Assembly: GCA_965279525.1 (NCBI GenBank)
Contig: CBDIIB010000005.1
Location: forward strand, 1,504,001-1,568,000
Reading direction: 5' to 3'
Length of the DNA: 64,000 bases
DNA from: Tagaea sp.
GTDB taxonomy: Bacteria; Pseudomonadota; Alphaproteobacteria; CACIAM-22H2
Positions 9,273-19,220 of the stretch are shown one piece after another (within the stretch, counting starts at the first letter, position 1; each line of letters opens with the position of its first letter). The notes under the pieces were generated by a model. The model was not told the DNA's origin, made no database searches, and saw only the letters and a program-made list of their open reading frames with translations. The position numbers and the translations under genes were made by a program.

Positions 9273-10220
9273 ATGCACGTTTCGATATTGATATCGTCTC
9301 TTGATACAACTGTATTAAAGAGCGCGGTCGACGACATCTTGGCGACCGTCGACGGTGCCATCGAATTCGAGATCGTGGCGAGCACACCCGTTGCCTTCGA
9401 GGCGCCGCGCACGCGCATCGTCGTCGAAGATCGCCCGGCCGGCGCCGCCCGCGCCTATAACGCGGCGGCGGCAGCGGCGCGCGGCACGTACATCGCCCAC
9501 GTCACCGACGGCAAGAAGCTGCGCAGGGGTTGGCTCGAAGCCGCACTCGCGACGATCGCGGCGCGTGACGATGGCAGGTCACCCTTCGTGGCCTGCCTGC
9601 CGATGTTCGACGGCACGGAGGGCGATACCTTTGTCGGCACGGCCATGGGACGGCTCTATCCCTGGTTCTTCGTCGCCCATCGCCGGTTGACCGATGCCGT
9701 CGGCCCCTACTGCGATGAAAGCTACAAGGACAGCTTTCTCGATGTCGATCTGGGTTTCCGGGTCTGGGCGGCAGGCGGCCGCTGCGAGATCGTGCCGGGC
9801 GGGCCCTGGTACGAGCACGTAGCGGATGCCAGGCGCGTCCGGCTGGGATCGCGCAATCTCGAAGCGGATTTCGGCCTGCTGTTCGAGCGCTGGTTCGCCA
9901 GGTTCGGCGTTGCCGCCGGATTCGGCGAACCCCGGCCGGACGGACGCACGGTCGTGGCCCCCTGGCACGTGTGCCTGGATGTACCGTCGATCTTCTTCTC
10001 GCACTTCGTGCGCGACCACACGATCCTGCAGGCAGGTCGCGAATGGCCGCGGATCGGGGCGTCCCTGCGCGCGGCGACCCGGCTGATTCACAAGGACGGG
10101 ATCGCGATACCCGGTTCCGTCCTCGTCGAACCGGCGCATCTGCCGGATTGGGTGCTGACGGTGACGCGTGCCCGCCAGGATGCCGTTCAGAGCGCGACCA
10201 CGCCGAACGGGTCGCAATAG
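9273..10220 (+). CDS. Glycosyltransferase family 2-like protein (divergent)
   Basis: VSILI, EIVAS, GAARAYNAAAAAARGTYI, FLDVDLGFRVW; DxD position reads TDG; start uncertain. Confidence 0.6.
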   Translation: MHVSILISSLDTTVLKSAVDDILATVDGAIEFEIVASTPVAFEAPRTRIVVEDRPAGAARAYNAAAAAARGTYIAHVTDGKKLRRGWLEAALATIAARDDGRSPFVACLPMFDGTEGDTFVGTAMGRLYPWFFVAHRRLTDAVGPYCDESYKDSFLDVDLGFRVWAAGGRCEIVPGGPWYEHVADARRVRLGSRNLEADFGLLFERWFARFGVAAGFGEPRPDGRTVVAPWHVCLDVPSIFFSHFVRDHTILQAGREWPRIGASLRAATRLIHKDGIAIPGSVLVEPAHLPDWVLTVTRARQDAVQSATTPNGSQ

Positions 10221-10924
10221 ATTTCGAGGATGTGGTGCAGCTCGGGCAGCTTGTCCGCGGGTGCGAGCACGCCCATGCCCGATGCCGTGCGCGTCAGGAT
10301 GCGCGCCTTGTGGCCGGGCAGCCGGGCCGCGATCGCCTTGAACGAGTCCAGCATCTGGCAGACCATCACGTCGTGGAAGACGAAGACGGCGTCGGGCGCG
10401 CAGAAGGGCAGGATGCCCTCGAAGTCGGCCGTCTGCGCTTCGTTGGTGTGGTCGGCATCGATGAAGACCATGTCGACCGGCCCGTCGAGATGCGCCGCCA
10501 CCGCCGCGGGCACGTCGGTGGGCGAAGCGCCCAGCACGCCCGTGACGTTGTAGCCCTTCTCCGCCGCGATCCGGTTGGTGAGGGCGAGCCCGTCCTTGCC
10601 CATGCCAAGGCCGATGTCGATGGCGACGATCTTCGCCTTGGGCATCGCCATGGCGAGGGCAAGCGTGCTCCAGCCGAACGAGCAGCCGATCGCGAAGATG
10701 CGCTTGGGCGCATAGACCTGGCCGACATCCTCCATCAGCGCCACTTCCGACAGGCTGATGCCGCCGCCGGAATGGCCGATATTGACGCCGTCCTTGATCG
10801 CGTAGGTGAAGGTGCCGTCCTCGGCGGGGCTGTTCGAGATCTTCGTCAGCAGGAACGGCGACATGCTGGAGCGGATCTGGAATCCGTAGCTTGCGTAGAG
10901 ATCGACGAGTTTCGCGAAAATCAT
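10187..10924 (-). CDS. Class I SAM-dependent methyltransferase (Methyltransf_24-like)
   Basis: IGCSFGWST, VAID, DMVFIDADH, VFVFHD. Confidence 0.8.
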   Translation of the reverse strand: MIFAKLVDLYASYGFQIRSSMSPFLLTKISNSPAEDGTFTYAIKDGVNIGHSGGGISLSEVALMEDVGQVYAPKRIFAIGCSFGWSTLALAMAMPKAKIVAIDIGLGMGKDGLALTNRIAAEKGYNVTGVLGASPTDVPAAVAAHLDGPVDMVFIDADHTNEAQTADFEGILPFCAPDAVFVFHDVMVCQMLDSFKAIAARLPGHKARILTRTASGMGVLAPADKLPELHHILEIYCDPFGVVAL

Positions 10925-10928
10925 CTGC

Positions 10929-11633
10929 CTACCGCTTCTGGTACTGGGTTGCGCCGAACAGCACTTCCTTCTGCTTGTCGTCCATCGGCCCGACGCGCCG
11001 GCGTTCCTCGAGCAGCTTGAGACCTTTTACCACCGCCGGGCGCGTGTTGATCGCGTCGAACCAGCGCTTCACGTTCGGGAAGTCTTCGAGCTTCTGGCCC
11101 TGGCGCTCGTGGCTGCGCGTCCACGGGAACACGGCCATGTCGGCGATCGAGTATTCGCCGGCGAGGAACGGCGTTTCGGCCAGCCGCCGGTCGAGCACGC
11201 CGTAGAGCCGTGCGGTCTCGTTCGTGTAGCGGTCGACCGCATACTTGATCGGTTCGGGCGCGTACTGGCGGAAATGGTGGGCCTGGCCGAACATCGGCCC
11301 CACACCGCCCATCTGGAACATCAACCACTGGATCACGTCGTAGCGGGCCCGCGTATCCGACGGCAGGAAGCGCTCGCCCGCGGCCCCCGAGCGGTCGCAC
11401 AGATACATCAGGATGGCGCCCGATTCGAACACCGCATAGGGCCCGCCGCCCGGGCCGTCGCTGTCGACGAGGGCGGGCATCTTGTTGTTGGGGCTGATCT
11501 TCAGGAAATCCGGCTTGAATTGCTCGCCCTTGCCGATGTCGACCGCATGGACGTTGTAGGCGAGGCCCAGCTCCTCCAGCAGGATCGAGACCTTGTAGGC
11601 ATTGGGGGTCGGCCAGACATAGAGATCGAGCAT
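10929..11633 (-). CDS. Glutathione S-transferase, YfcG/Nu-class disulfide oxidoreductase
   Basis: [48 protein letters not shown]. Confidence 0.92.
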   Translation of the reverse strand: MLDLYVWPTPNAYKVSILLEELGLAYNVHAVDIGKGEQFKPDFLKISPNNKMPALVDSDGPGGGPYAVFESGAILMYLCDRSGAAGERFLPSDTRARYDVIQWLMFQMGGVGPMFGQAHHFRQYAPEPIKYAVDRYTNETARLYGVLDRRLAETPFLAGEYSIADMAVFPWTRSHERQGQKLEDFPNVKRWFDAINTRPAVVKGLKLLEERRRVGPMDDKQKEVLFGATQYQKR

Positions 11634-11680
11634 CGCGGGGGTTCCTCGGCATCCGGGGGATAGGGCCAGTCTAGCAGCGC

Positions 11681-11708
11681 TTGCAGGTGGCGGCGCAATC
11701 CTTATACT
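11681..11708 (+). promoter_or_regulatory. Sigma70 promoter of argG
   Basis: TTGCAG-N16-TATACT. Confidence 0.5.
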
Positions 11709-11751
11709 CCCGCGCGTTTTCAAGGGCTCCAGGTTCGCGGCGGAAAATCAG

Positions 11752-12962
<1,211 letters not shown>

Positions 12963-12966
<4 letters not shown>

Positions 12967-13223
12967 GCGACCGCATCGCCGACGAAATCGACCGCTCGAT
13001 CCTCGAGCTGACGGCCGCGCGCGGACCCCGCAGCTCGATCAGCCCGTCCGAAGTGGCGATCGCGGTGCAGCCCGACGGCAAATGGCAGTCGCTGCTGACC
13101 AAGGTGCGGTCACGCGCCGTGGCGCTGATGCTCGAAGGCAAGATCGAGATCCTGCGCAAGGGCAAGCCGGTCGAGGATCCAGAAGACGTGCGCGGCGTGA
13201 TCCGGTTGCGGGCGAAAGCCTAG
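12963..13223 (+). CDS. DUF3253 domain protein
   Basis: [18 protein letters not shown]...W..L...VR..A..L...[12 protein letters not shown]...RGVIRLR; GTGA coupling to argG. Confidence 0.8.
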
Positions 13224-14095
13224 GCGATATTCCGCCGCGCCTTGGCGGCCTGGATCGTGTTGGCGAGCAGGCACGCGATGGTCATCGGCCCCACGCCGCC
13301 GGGCACCGGCGTGATGGCGCCGGCGACCTGTTCGGCCTCGGCGAACGCGACGTCGCCCACGAGCTTTCCTTTGCTGCCGTCGCCCGCCGGCAGTCGGTTG
13401 ATGCCCACGTCGATGACCGTCGCACCGGGCTTGATCCAGTTTCCGCGGATCATCTCCGCCCGGCCGACCGCCGCGACGAGGATGTCGGCCTGGCGCACGA
13501 CCGCGGCGAGGTCGCGCGTCTTCGAATGCGCCAGCGTGACCGTGCAGTCGGCGGCGAGCAGGAGCTGGGCCATCGGCTTGCCCACGATGTTCGAGCGGCC
13601 GACGATCACGGCATGCAGGCCGGCGAGATTTGGGACCGCATGCCGGATCAGGCGCATGGCGCCCGCCGGCGTGCAGGGCACGAGTGCGGCACGGCCGGTG
13701 GCGAGCATTCCGGCGTTGACCGCATGGAACCCGTCGACATCCTTCTTGGGGTCGATCGCGTCGAGCACCTTGCCCGCGTCGATATGTGCCGGCAGCGGCA
13801 GCTGGACGAGGATGCCGTCCACGTCGTCGGAGCGGTTGAGCTGCTGGACGAGTTCGAGCAATGCTGCTTCGCTCGTGTCGGCGGGCAGCCGGTGCTCGAA
13901 GCTCTTCATGCCCACTTCGAGCGTCGCCTTGTGCTTGGCGCCGACATAGACCTGGCTTGCCGGATCGGCACCGACCAGCACGACGGCAAGGCCGGGCGTG
14001 AAGCGGTGCTTCTCCTCGATCTCGTCGACTTCCAGCGCCACGGCCGCACGCAGGTCGGCCGCGATCGCCTTGCCGTCGATGCGCCGTGCGGTCAT
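13220..14095 (-). CDS. folD: Methylenetetrahydrofolate dehydrogenase/cyclohydrolase
   Basis: [49 protein letters not shown]. Confidence 0.98.
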   Translation of the reverse strand: MTARRIDGKAIAADLRAAVALEVDEIEEKHRFTPGLAVVLVGADPASQVYVGAKHKATLEVGMKSFEHRLPADTSEAALLELVQQLNRSDDVDGILVQLPLPAHIDAGKVLDAIDPKKDVDGFHAVNAGMLATGRAALVPCTPAGAMRLIRHAVPNLAGLHAVIVGRSNIVGKPMAQLLLAADCTVTLAHSKTRDLAAVVRQADILVAAVGRAEMIRGNWIKPGATVIDVGINRLPAGDGSKGKLVGDVAFAEAEQVAGAITPVPGGVGPMTIACLLANTIQAAKARRNIA

Positions 14096-14403
14096 GGCAG
14101 GCGCGCCTTCATCGCGGCGTAGAGATCGGCGGGCTTGCCTTCGATCTTGAATCGCTTGTGCCGGGCGCTTGCCCCTTGCGTCAGCACGAAGGCGCGCTTG
14201 GGCAGGCCGAAATGTTCGGCGAGCAGTTCGACCGTCGCTTCGGTCGCGCGGCCGTTTTCGGGTGCCGCACTGACCGCGACGGCGAGCGTGCCGTCCTCGA
14301 TCACGCCGCCGATGCCCGGCCGGCGCGAACGCGGTGTCACGCGCACGTTGAGGAAGACCCCGTCGGACACGGCCGTCAGCGGTGTCGCCTCGACCGTCGC
14401 CAT
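14092..14403 (-). CDS. DUF167/YggU family protein
   Basis: [24 protein letters not shown]; between yggT and folD. Confidence 0.85.
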   Translation of the reverse strand: MATVEATPLTAVSDGVFLNVRVTPRSRRPGIGGVIEDGTLAVAVSAAPENGRATEATVELLAEHFGLPKRAFVLTQGASARHKRFKIEGKPADLYAAMKARLP

Positions 14404-14408
14404 GGCGC

Positions 14409-14687
14409 CTAGAGCCAGTACTCGTAGATCAGGTTCTGCACGAAGATCAGCAGCAGGATCAGCACGACCGGCGAGATGTCGATGCCGCCGAGATTGGGCA
14501 CGAAGCGCTTTATCGGGCGCAAGGCCGGCTCGGTCACGCGATGCAGGAAGTCGGCGATCGTGTAGACGACCTGGTTGCGCGGGTTGAGGACGTTGAAGGC
14601 CAGCAGCCACGACAGCAGTGCCGAGCCGACGAGCAGCCAGATATAGATCTGGATTGCGGAGACGAGCAGCGAACCGAGCGCGTTCAT
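14409..14687 (-). CDS. YggT family membrane protein
   Basis: [30 protein letters not shown]. Confidence 0.9.
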   Translation of the reverse strand: MNALGSLLVSAIQIYIWLLVGSALLSWLLAFNVLNPRNQVVYTIADFLHRVTEPALRPIKRFVPNLGGIDISPVVLILLLIFVQNLIYEYWL

Positions 14688-14772
14688 GGCGGCCGAAGCC
14701 CTCTTGTTGCGGACAGGCCGGGAACCGTACACGAAGGGCACAAGCCCCTGCAAGGTCTGGTAAATCCGTCGC

Positions 14773-14801
14773 TTGACAGGGCGGGGGGTCGAACGCATTA
14801 T
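14773..14801 (+). promoter_or_regulatory. Sigma70 promoter of tRNA-Ala
   Basis: TTGACA-N17-CATTAT followed by GC-rich discriminator. Confidence 0.75.
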
Positions 14802-14824
14802 CGCCCGCCTTTCGACGGGCGTGT

Positions 14825-14900
14825 GGGGCCGTAGCTCAGCTGGGAGAGCGCCTCGTTCGCAATGAGGAGGTCGTCGGTTCGATCCCGATCGGCTCCACCA
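14825..14900 (+). tRNA. tRNA-Ala(CGC)
   Basis: 76 nt GGGGCCG...CGGCTCCACCA; G3:U70 pair, anticodon arm CCTCG-TTCGCAA-TGAGG, GTTCGATC T-loop, encoded CCA. Confidence 0.97.
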
Positions 14901-14930
14901 TCCCGCCCGCCCGTCGCGGCATACCTGTTT

Positions 14931-16259
14931 TCAGTGCAGTTTGAGCTTCGGCCGGATCACCTGATTGACGTGGCCGACCGCGATCAGCAGCAGGCCCTTG
15001 AGCCAGCCGTGGATGGCGATCAGGTGCATCCGGTAGAGCGACACGTAGACGAGGCGCGCCAGCCGCCCTTCCACCGCCATGCGTCCGCCCACGAGATTTC
15101 CCATCAGGCTGCCCACTGTCGTGTAGCGCGCGAGGCTGACCAGCGAGCCGTGGTCGCGATAGACGAAATCGACCGGCGGCCGGTCGGCGATCAGGCGGCG
15201 GATGTTCTCGAACGCGGTCGCGGCCATCTGGTGTGCCGATTGCGCGCGCGGCGGTACGGGCCGCTCGCTGCCGGGCAGCACGCACGAGCAGCAGTCGCCG
15301 ATGGCGAAGACGCGCTCGTCGCGCGTGGTCTGCAGGGTCGGGCGCACGACGAGCTGGTTGTTGCGGTTGGTCTCCAGCCCGCCGATGTCCTTGAGGAACT
15401 CCGCCCCCTTGACGCCGGCCGCCCAGACGCGAAGGTCCGCCTCGATGCGCTCGCCGCCCTTGGTCACGATGGCGCGGTCGTCCACTTCGGTCACCTGCGT
15501 TCCGGTCAGCACGCGCACGCCCAGCGCTTCGAGCTCGGCGTGTGCCGCTTCGGCCAGCTTCTCGGGCAAGGCGGGCAGGATGCGCGGGCCCGCTTCCACC
15601 AGCGTGATGCGCAGGCGGCTCTCGTCGAACACCTCGAGACCGTAGAAGCGCAAGGCGGCGGCCGCACTGTAGAGCTCGGCCGCCAGTTCCACGCCCGTCG
15701 CACCGCCGCCGACGATGGCGACATCGACATGCAGGTCGGCCTGCGTGTCGCCCGCCATGCCGCGCGACACGCGCAGGCACTGGCTGAGCAGCATCTGGCG
15801 GAAGCGGTCGGCCTGCGCGCGCTCGTCGAGGAAGATGCAGTTGGCGCGCACGCCCGGCGTGCCGAAATCGTTGGAGACCGAACCGACAGCGATCACCAGA
15901 TAGTCGTAGCGGATGCGGTGGCGGCCGACGATCTCGACGCCCTTCTCGTCGAGCATGGGCGCGATCACGACATGGCGCGTCTCGCGGTCGATGCCCTCGA
16001 GCGTGCCGTCGAAGAACCGGTAGCCCCAGCGATAGGCGTGGCTGCGGTAGCCGACCTCGTCGAGATTGGCGTCGAGCGAGCCGGCCGCGACCTCGTGCAG
16101 CAGCGGCTTCCAGACATGCGTGCGGTTCCGCTCGACGAGGATGATGTCGTATTCCTCGCGCCCGTACGTGGCACCCAGCCGCGCGACAAGTTCGAGGCCG
16201 CCGGCACCGCCGCCGACGACGACGATCTGGGTCTTCTTGGGCTTCATCGGGTTCTGCAT
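14931..16259 (-). CDS. ndh: Type II NADH dehydrogenase
   Basis: VVVGGGAGGLEL, HVWKPLLHEVAAGSL, IVGGGATGVELAAEL, VWAAG, PPRAQSAHQ; start may be 16247. Confidence 0.9.
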   Translation of the reverse strand: MQNPMKPKKTQIVVVGGGAGGLELVARLGATYGREEYDIILVERNRTHVWKPLLHEVAAGSLDANLDEVGYRSHAYRWGYRFFDGTLEGIDRETRHVVIAPMLDEKGVEIVGRHRIRYDYLVIAVGSVSNDFGTPGVRANCIFLDERAQADRFRQMLLSQCLRVSRGMAGDTQADLHVDVAIVGGGATGVELAAELYSAAAALRFYGLEVFDESRLRITLVEAGPRILPALPEKLAEAAHAELEALGVRVLTGTQVTEVDDRAIVTKGGERIEADLRVWAAGVKGAEFLKDIGGLETNRNNQLVVRPTLQTTRDERVFAIGDCCSCVLPGSERPVPPRAQSAHQMAATAFENIRRLIADRPPVDFVYRDHGSLVSLARYTTVGSLMGNLVGGRMAVEGRLARLVYVSLYRMHLIAIHGWLKGLLLIAVGHVNQVIRPKLKLH

Positions 16260-16330
16260 GGCGGCCGTTCGGGTTTGCTGCTACATCCCGATGATAGTCA
16301 CCATTTGCGGGACAGGCAGCGGAATTTGCG

Positions 16331-16789
16331 ATGAGCGAAGAGCTTCTGCGCACCATCGAGAGCGACGTCCTGCGGCGGCTTTTCCGTTTCTGGCTCGACC
16401 AGACGCCGGCGTCGGGCGGGCCGCCGCGCACCAAGGGCTTCCCGGTCGAGGGGCTGGCCGAATGGGCGCCCAACCTCGTCATCATCGAGGTCAAGGCACA
16501 GGCGCGCTTCCGCTACGGCTTCTACGGCACGACCTTCCGCAAGGCCTTCGGTGTCGATCTCACGGGCACGTCCGTCGAAGACCTGCCGAGCGAGCAGGCA
16601 AGCCTGCTGACGGCGGAATACCGGCTGGTGCGCCGCACGCAGCGCCCGTACTGGCGCGTCTATGCCGGCTGGTTCGGGCCGGGCGAAGAGCCGCAGACCT
16701 GGGAACGCCTGTCGCTGCCGCTGGCCGGCGCCAAGGGCGACGTCGCCTTCATCCTCGCGGCGGCCTACAGGGTCGACAAGCGTGGCTAG
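16331..16789 (+). CDS. Stand-alone PAS-fold protein (PAS_5-like)
   Basis: L..FW, FRYGFYGT....FG.DLTG, ERLSLPL pattern. Confidence 0.65.
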   Translation: MSEELLRTIESDVLRRLFRFWLDQTPASGGPPRTKGFPVEGLAEWAPNLVIIEVKAQARFRYGFYGTTFRKAFGVDLTGTSVEDLPSEQASLLTAEYRLVRRTQRPYWRVYAGWFGPGEEPQTWERLSLPLAGAKGDVAFILAAAYRVDKRG

Positions 16790-16792
16790 CTT

Positions 16793-18220
16793 CTAGTTTC
16801 CGGCCTTCAGTTTCGCGATGCGGGCGGAAAGGTCCGCATGCGCCGCGCTGTTCGCCGGAAGCTGGGCGAGCAGGCGCTGCCACAGCGCGGTTGCGGCCAT
16901 GTCCTTGCCGGCGAGCGCTTCGTCCTGGCCGAGCAACCACAGTGCCACGCCCTCGTTCGGCGATTTCGCCAGCAGGCTGGCGACCGCCGCGCGCGCCGGC
17001 GGGTCGAGCGGCTTGTCGGGATCGTGCAGGTCGATCAGCGCGCCCGCAAAGTCGTGCAGCACCTCGAGATTGTCCGGTGCGATCGCCGCAGCGCGCGCAT
17101 GGGCGGCAAGCGCCTTGTCGGCTTCGCCCAGCACCTTGCGCGAGCGCGCGAGCCGTCGCCAGCCGTCGAGATCGTCGGGCTGGGTCTCGAGGCGGGCGGC
17201 AAGCCCCTCGACCATGCTGCGGATCGCGGCCAGCCGGTCGCCTTCGGGAAGGGCGGCAAGCGCGCCGGGATCGGGTACCGCACCTCCGCCGCCACTCCCC
17301 ACGCGGGGGCCGCCGAGCCGCACGACCGCCGGCGGATTCTTCATCGACGGGGTCATCTGCTTGAGGTCGATGCGTGCCTCGCGCGCGGTGCGTTCCATCG
17401 CCTCGCGCACTGTGGGCAGCCATGGCGAATCGGGCGGCGAGGCGGCGATCAGGTCGAACCACACGCGCACGGCGTCGGCCCGGTCGCCGGCCTGTGCGCG
17501 CGCGAGGCCGGCATAGTAGCGTGCGCGCGGATCGCCGGGATCGGCCGACAGAACGCGCCCGAAGGCGGCTTCGGCCTCCGGCGTCACCACGCCGTTCGCG
17601 ACGGCGACCGCCGTCTCGCCGAGCAGGCCCGCGATCTCGGGCTGGCCGCCGGAAATCTCGTCTGCCTTGCGCCACGCGTTCAGTGCCTGTGCGGCAAGGT
17701 TCATCGCGGCGGATGCCTGTGCCAGGCGCACCCAGGCTTCCAGGTCCTTGGGGTCGCGCTCGACGCGCTCGAACATCGCGCGCGCGAAGGCGGCAAGCTG
17801 GCGGTCGGGCAGGTCCTGGGCGGGCTCGGTCGCGCGCCGTTCGGCAAGCGGCATGCCCGGCAGCGTGGGCGAGCCCTGCCGCCCGTAGACCGAGAACGCG
17901 ATCGCCGGCAGCACGATGGCGAGCGCCACGGCGACATAGCGGATACCGCTGCTGTCGACGGGCGCTTGCGCTGCGCGCACCGTCTTGCCGCTGTCGGCAA
18001 GTGCGAGCATGCGCCGGCCGATTTCCGCGCGCGCGGCGCGCGCCTCTTCCGGCGTGACCGTTCCGCGGTCGAGATCGCGGGCGATCTCCGCCATCTGGTC
18101 GCGGTAGATCTCCATGTCGAACGCCGCGCGCGTCGGAACGGGCTTCGCACGGCGCAGCAGCGGCCACACGAGCAGTGCGACGACCAGGACGGTAAGTGCG
18201 CCGAGGATCGCTTGCGTCAC
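16793..18220 (-). CDS. ccmI: Cytochrome c biogenesis TPR protein CcmI/CycH
   Basis: N-terminal TM, YRDQMAEIARDL.RG, YG..GSP.LP, TPRs, IRSMVEGLAARL; GTG start overlaps ccmH stop. Confidence 0.9.
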   Translation of the reverse strand: MTQAILGALTVLVVALLVWPLLRRAKPVPTRAAFDMEIYRDQMAEIARDLDRGTVTPEEARAARAEIGRRMLALADSGKTVRAAQAPVDSSGIRYVAVALAIVLPAIAFSVYGRQGSPTLPGMPLAERRATEPAQDLPDRQLAAFARAMFERVERDPKDLEAWVRLAQASAAMNLAAQALNAWRKADEISGGQPEIAGLLGETAVAVANGVVTPEAEAAFGRVLSADPGDPRARYYAGLARAQAGDRADAVRVWFDLIAASPPDSPWLPTVREAMERTAREARIDLKQMTPSMKNPPAVVRLGGPRVGSGGGGAVPDPGALAALPEGDRLAAIRSMVEGLAARLETQPDDLDGWRRLARSRKVLGEADKALAAHARAAAIAPDNLEVLHDFAGALIDLHDPDKPLDPPARAAVASLLAKSPNEGVALWLLGQDEALAGKDMAATALWQRLLAQLPANSAAHADLSARIAKLKAGN

Positions 18221-18684
18221 TTGCGCTGTTCCTCGTCGAGCAAGGCGGCGAGGCGCTTCTCCTCGTCGGCCGAAAGCGGCACGGCTGCCGCCTGTGCGGC
18301 CGGCCGCCGGCGGCGCAGATAGACGAAGGCGCCCGCCGCCGCCAGTGCGAGCACCGCGAACGGCCCGTACCACAGCACGTAGGTGTCGACGCGTACCGGC
18401 GGCTTCAGCAGCACGTAGTCGCCGTAGCGCTGCGTGACATAGGCGAGTACGGCCGCGTTGCTGTCGCCTTGCGCGATGCGTTCGCGCACGAGGCGGCGCA
18501 GGTCGGCGGCGAGCGGCGCGTTCGAATCGTCGATCGCCTGGTTCTGGCACACGAGGCAGCGCAGTTCCTGCCCCAGCACGCGCGCACGCGCCTCCAGTGC
18601 GGGATCGGAGAGCATCTCGTGCGGCAGCACGGCCATGGCCGGGCCGCCAAGCAGCGAGACGAGAAGTACGAGGACGTATCTCAT
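18217..18684 (-). CDS. ccmH: Cytochrome c biogenesis protein CcmH/CycL
   Basis: ELRCLVCQNQ, SNAPLAADLR, RYGDYVLLKPP. Confidence 0.95.
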   Translation of the reverse strand: MRYVLVLLVSLLGGPAMAVLPHEMLSDPALEARARVLGQELRCLVCQNQAIDDSNAPLAADLRRLVRERIAQGDSNAAVLAYVTQRYGDYVLLKPPVRVDTYVLWYGPFAVLALAAAGAFVYLRRRRPAAQAAAVPLSADEEKRLAALLDEEQRK

Positions 18685-19220
18685 GACTCGCGCCGCAGCT
18701 TCTGGACGAGCGGCATCAGCGTGCGCTCGAGCACGTCGGGCGTGATGGCACCGACATGGCGGTAGCGGATCGTGCCGTGCCGGTCCACGACGAAGGTTTC
18801 CGGTGCGCCATAGACGCCCCAGTCGACGGCCACGCGGTTCTCGAAATCCCAGCCGATCGCGCGATAGGGGTTGCCGAGATCGGCGAGCCACCGCGCGGCG
18901 TCGGCCGCCTTGTCCTTGTAGTTGATGCCGTAGATCGGCACGTCGCCGTCGCGTGCCAGGCGCATCAGGATCGGATGCTCGACGCGGCACGGCGGGCACC
19001 ACGACGCGAACACGTTGACGAGCGACACCTCGCGCGCGAGTGCCGCCGACGCGAGACCGGGGCGGTCCACGCCGGCGACCGCCGGCAGGTCGAACACCGG
19101 CACCGGCCGGTCGATCAGCGCACTGGGGATGTGCTGGGGATCGCGCGTCAGGCCGAAGCCCAGATAGCCGGCCAGCACAGCGAACAGCGCCAGCGGCAGG
19201 AAAAACAGGACCCGCTTCAT
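18681..19220 (-). CDS. ccmG: Thiol:disulfide interchange protein CcmG/DsbE
   Basis: NVFASWCPPCRVEHP, GINYKD, GVYGAPETF. Confidence 0.95.
   Translation of the reverse strand: MKRVLFFLPLALFAVLAGYLGFGLTRDPQHIPSALIDRPVPVFDLPAVAGVDRPGLASAALAREVSLVNVFASWCPPCRVEHPILMRLARDGDVPIYGINYKDKAADAARWLADLGNPYRAIGWDFENRVAVDWGVYGAPETFVVDRHGTIRYRHVGAITPDVLERTLMPLVQKLRRES

Noticed and set aside
14825-14930. Prophage or integrative element at tRNA-Ala
   Set aside because: No integrase and no second copy of the tRNA 3' end seen in the window
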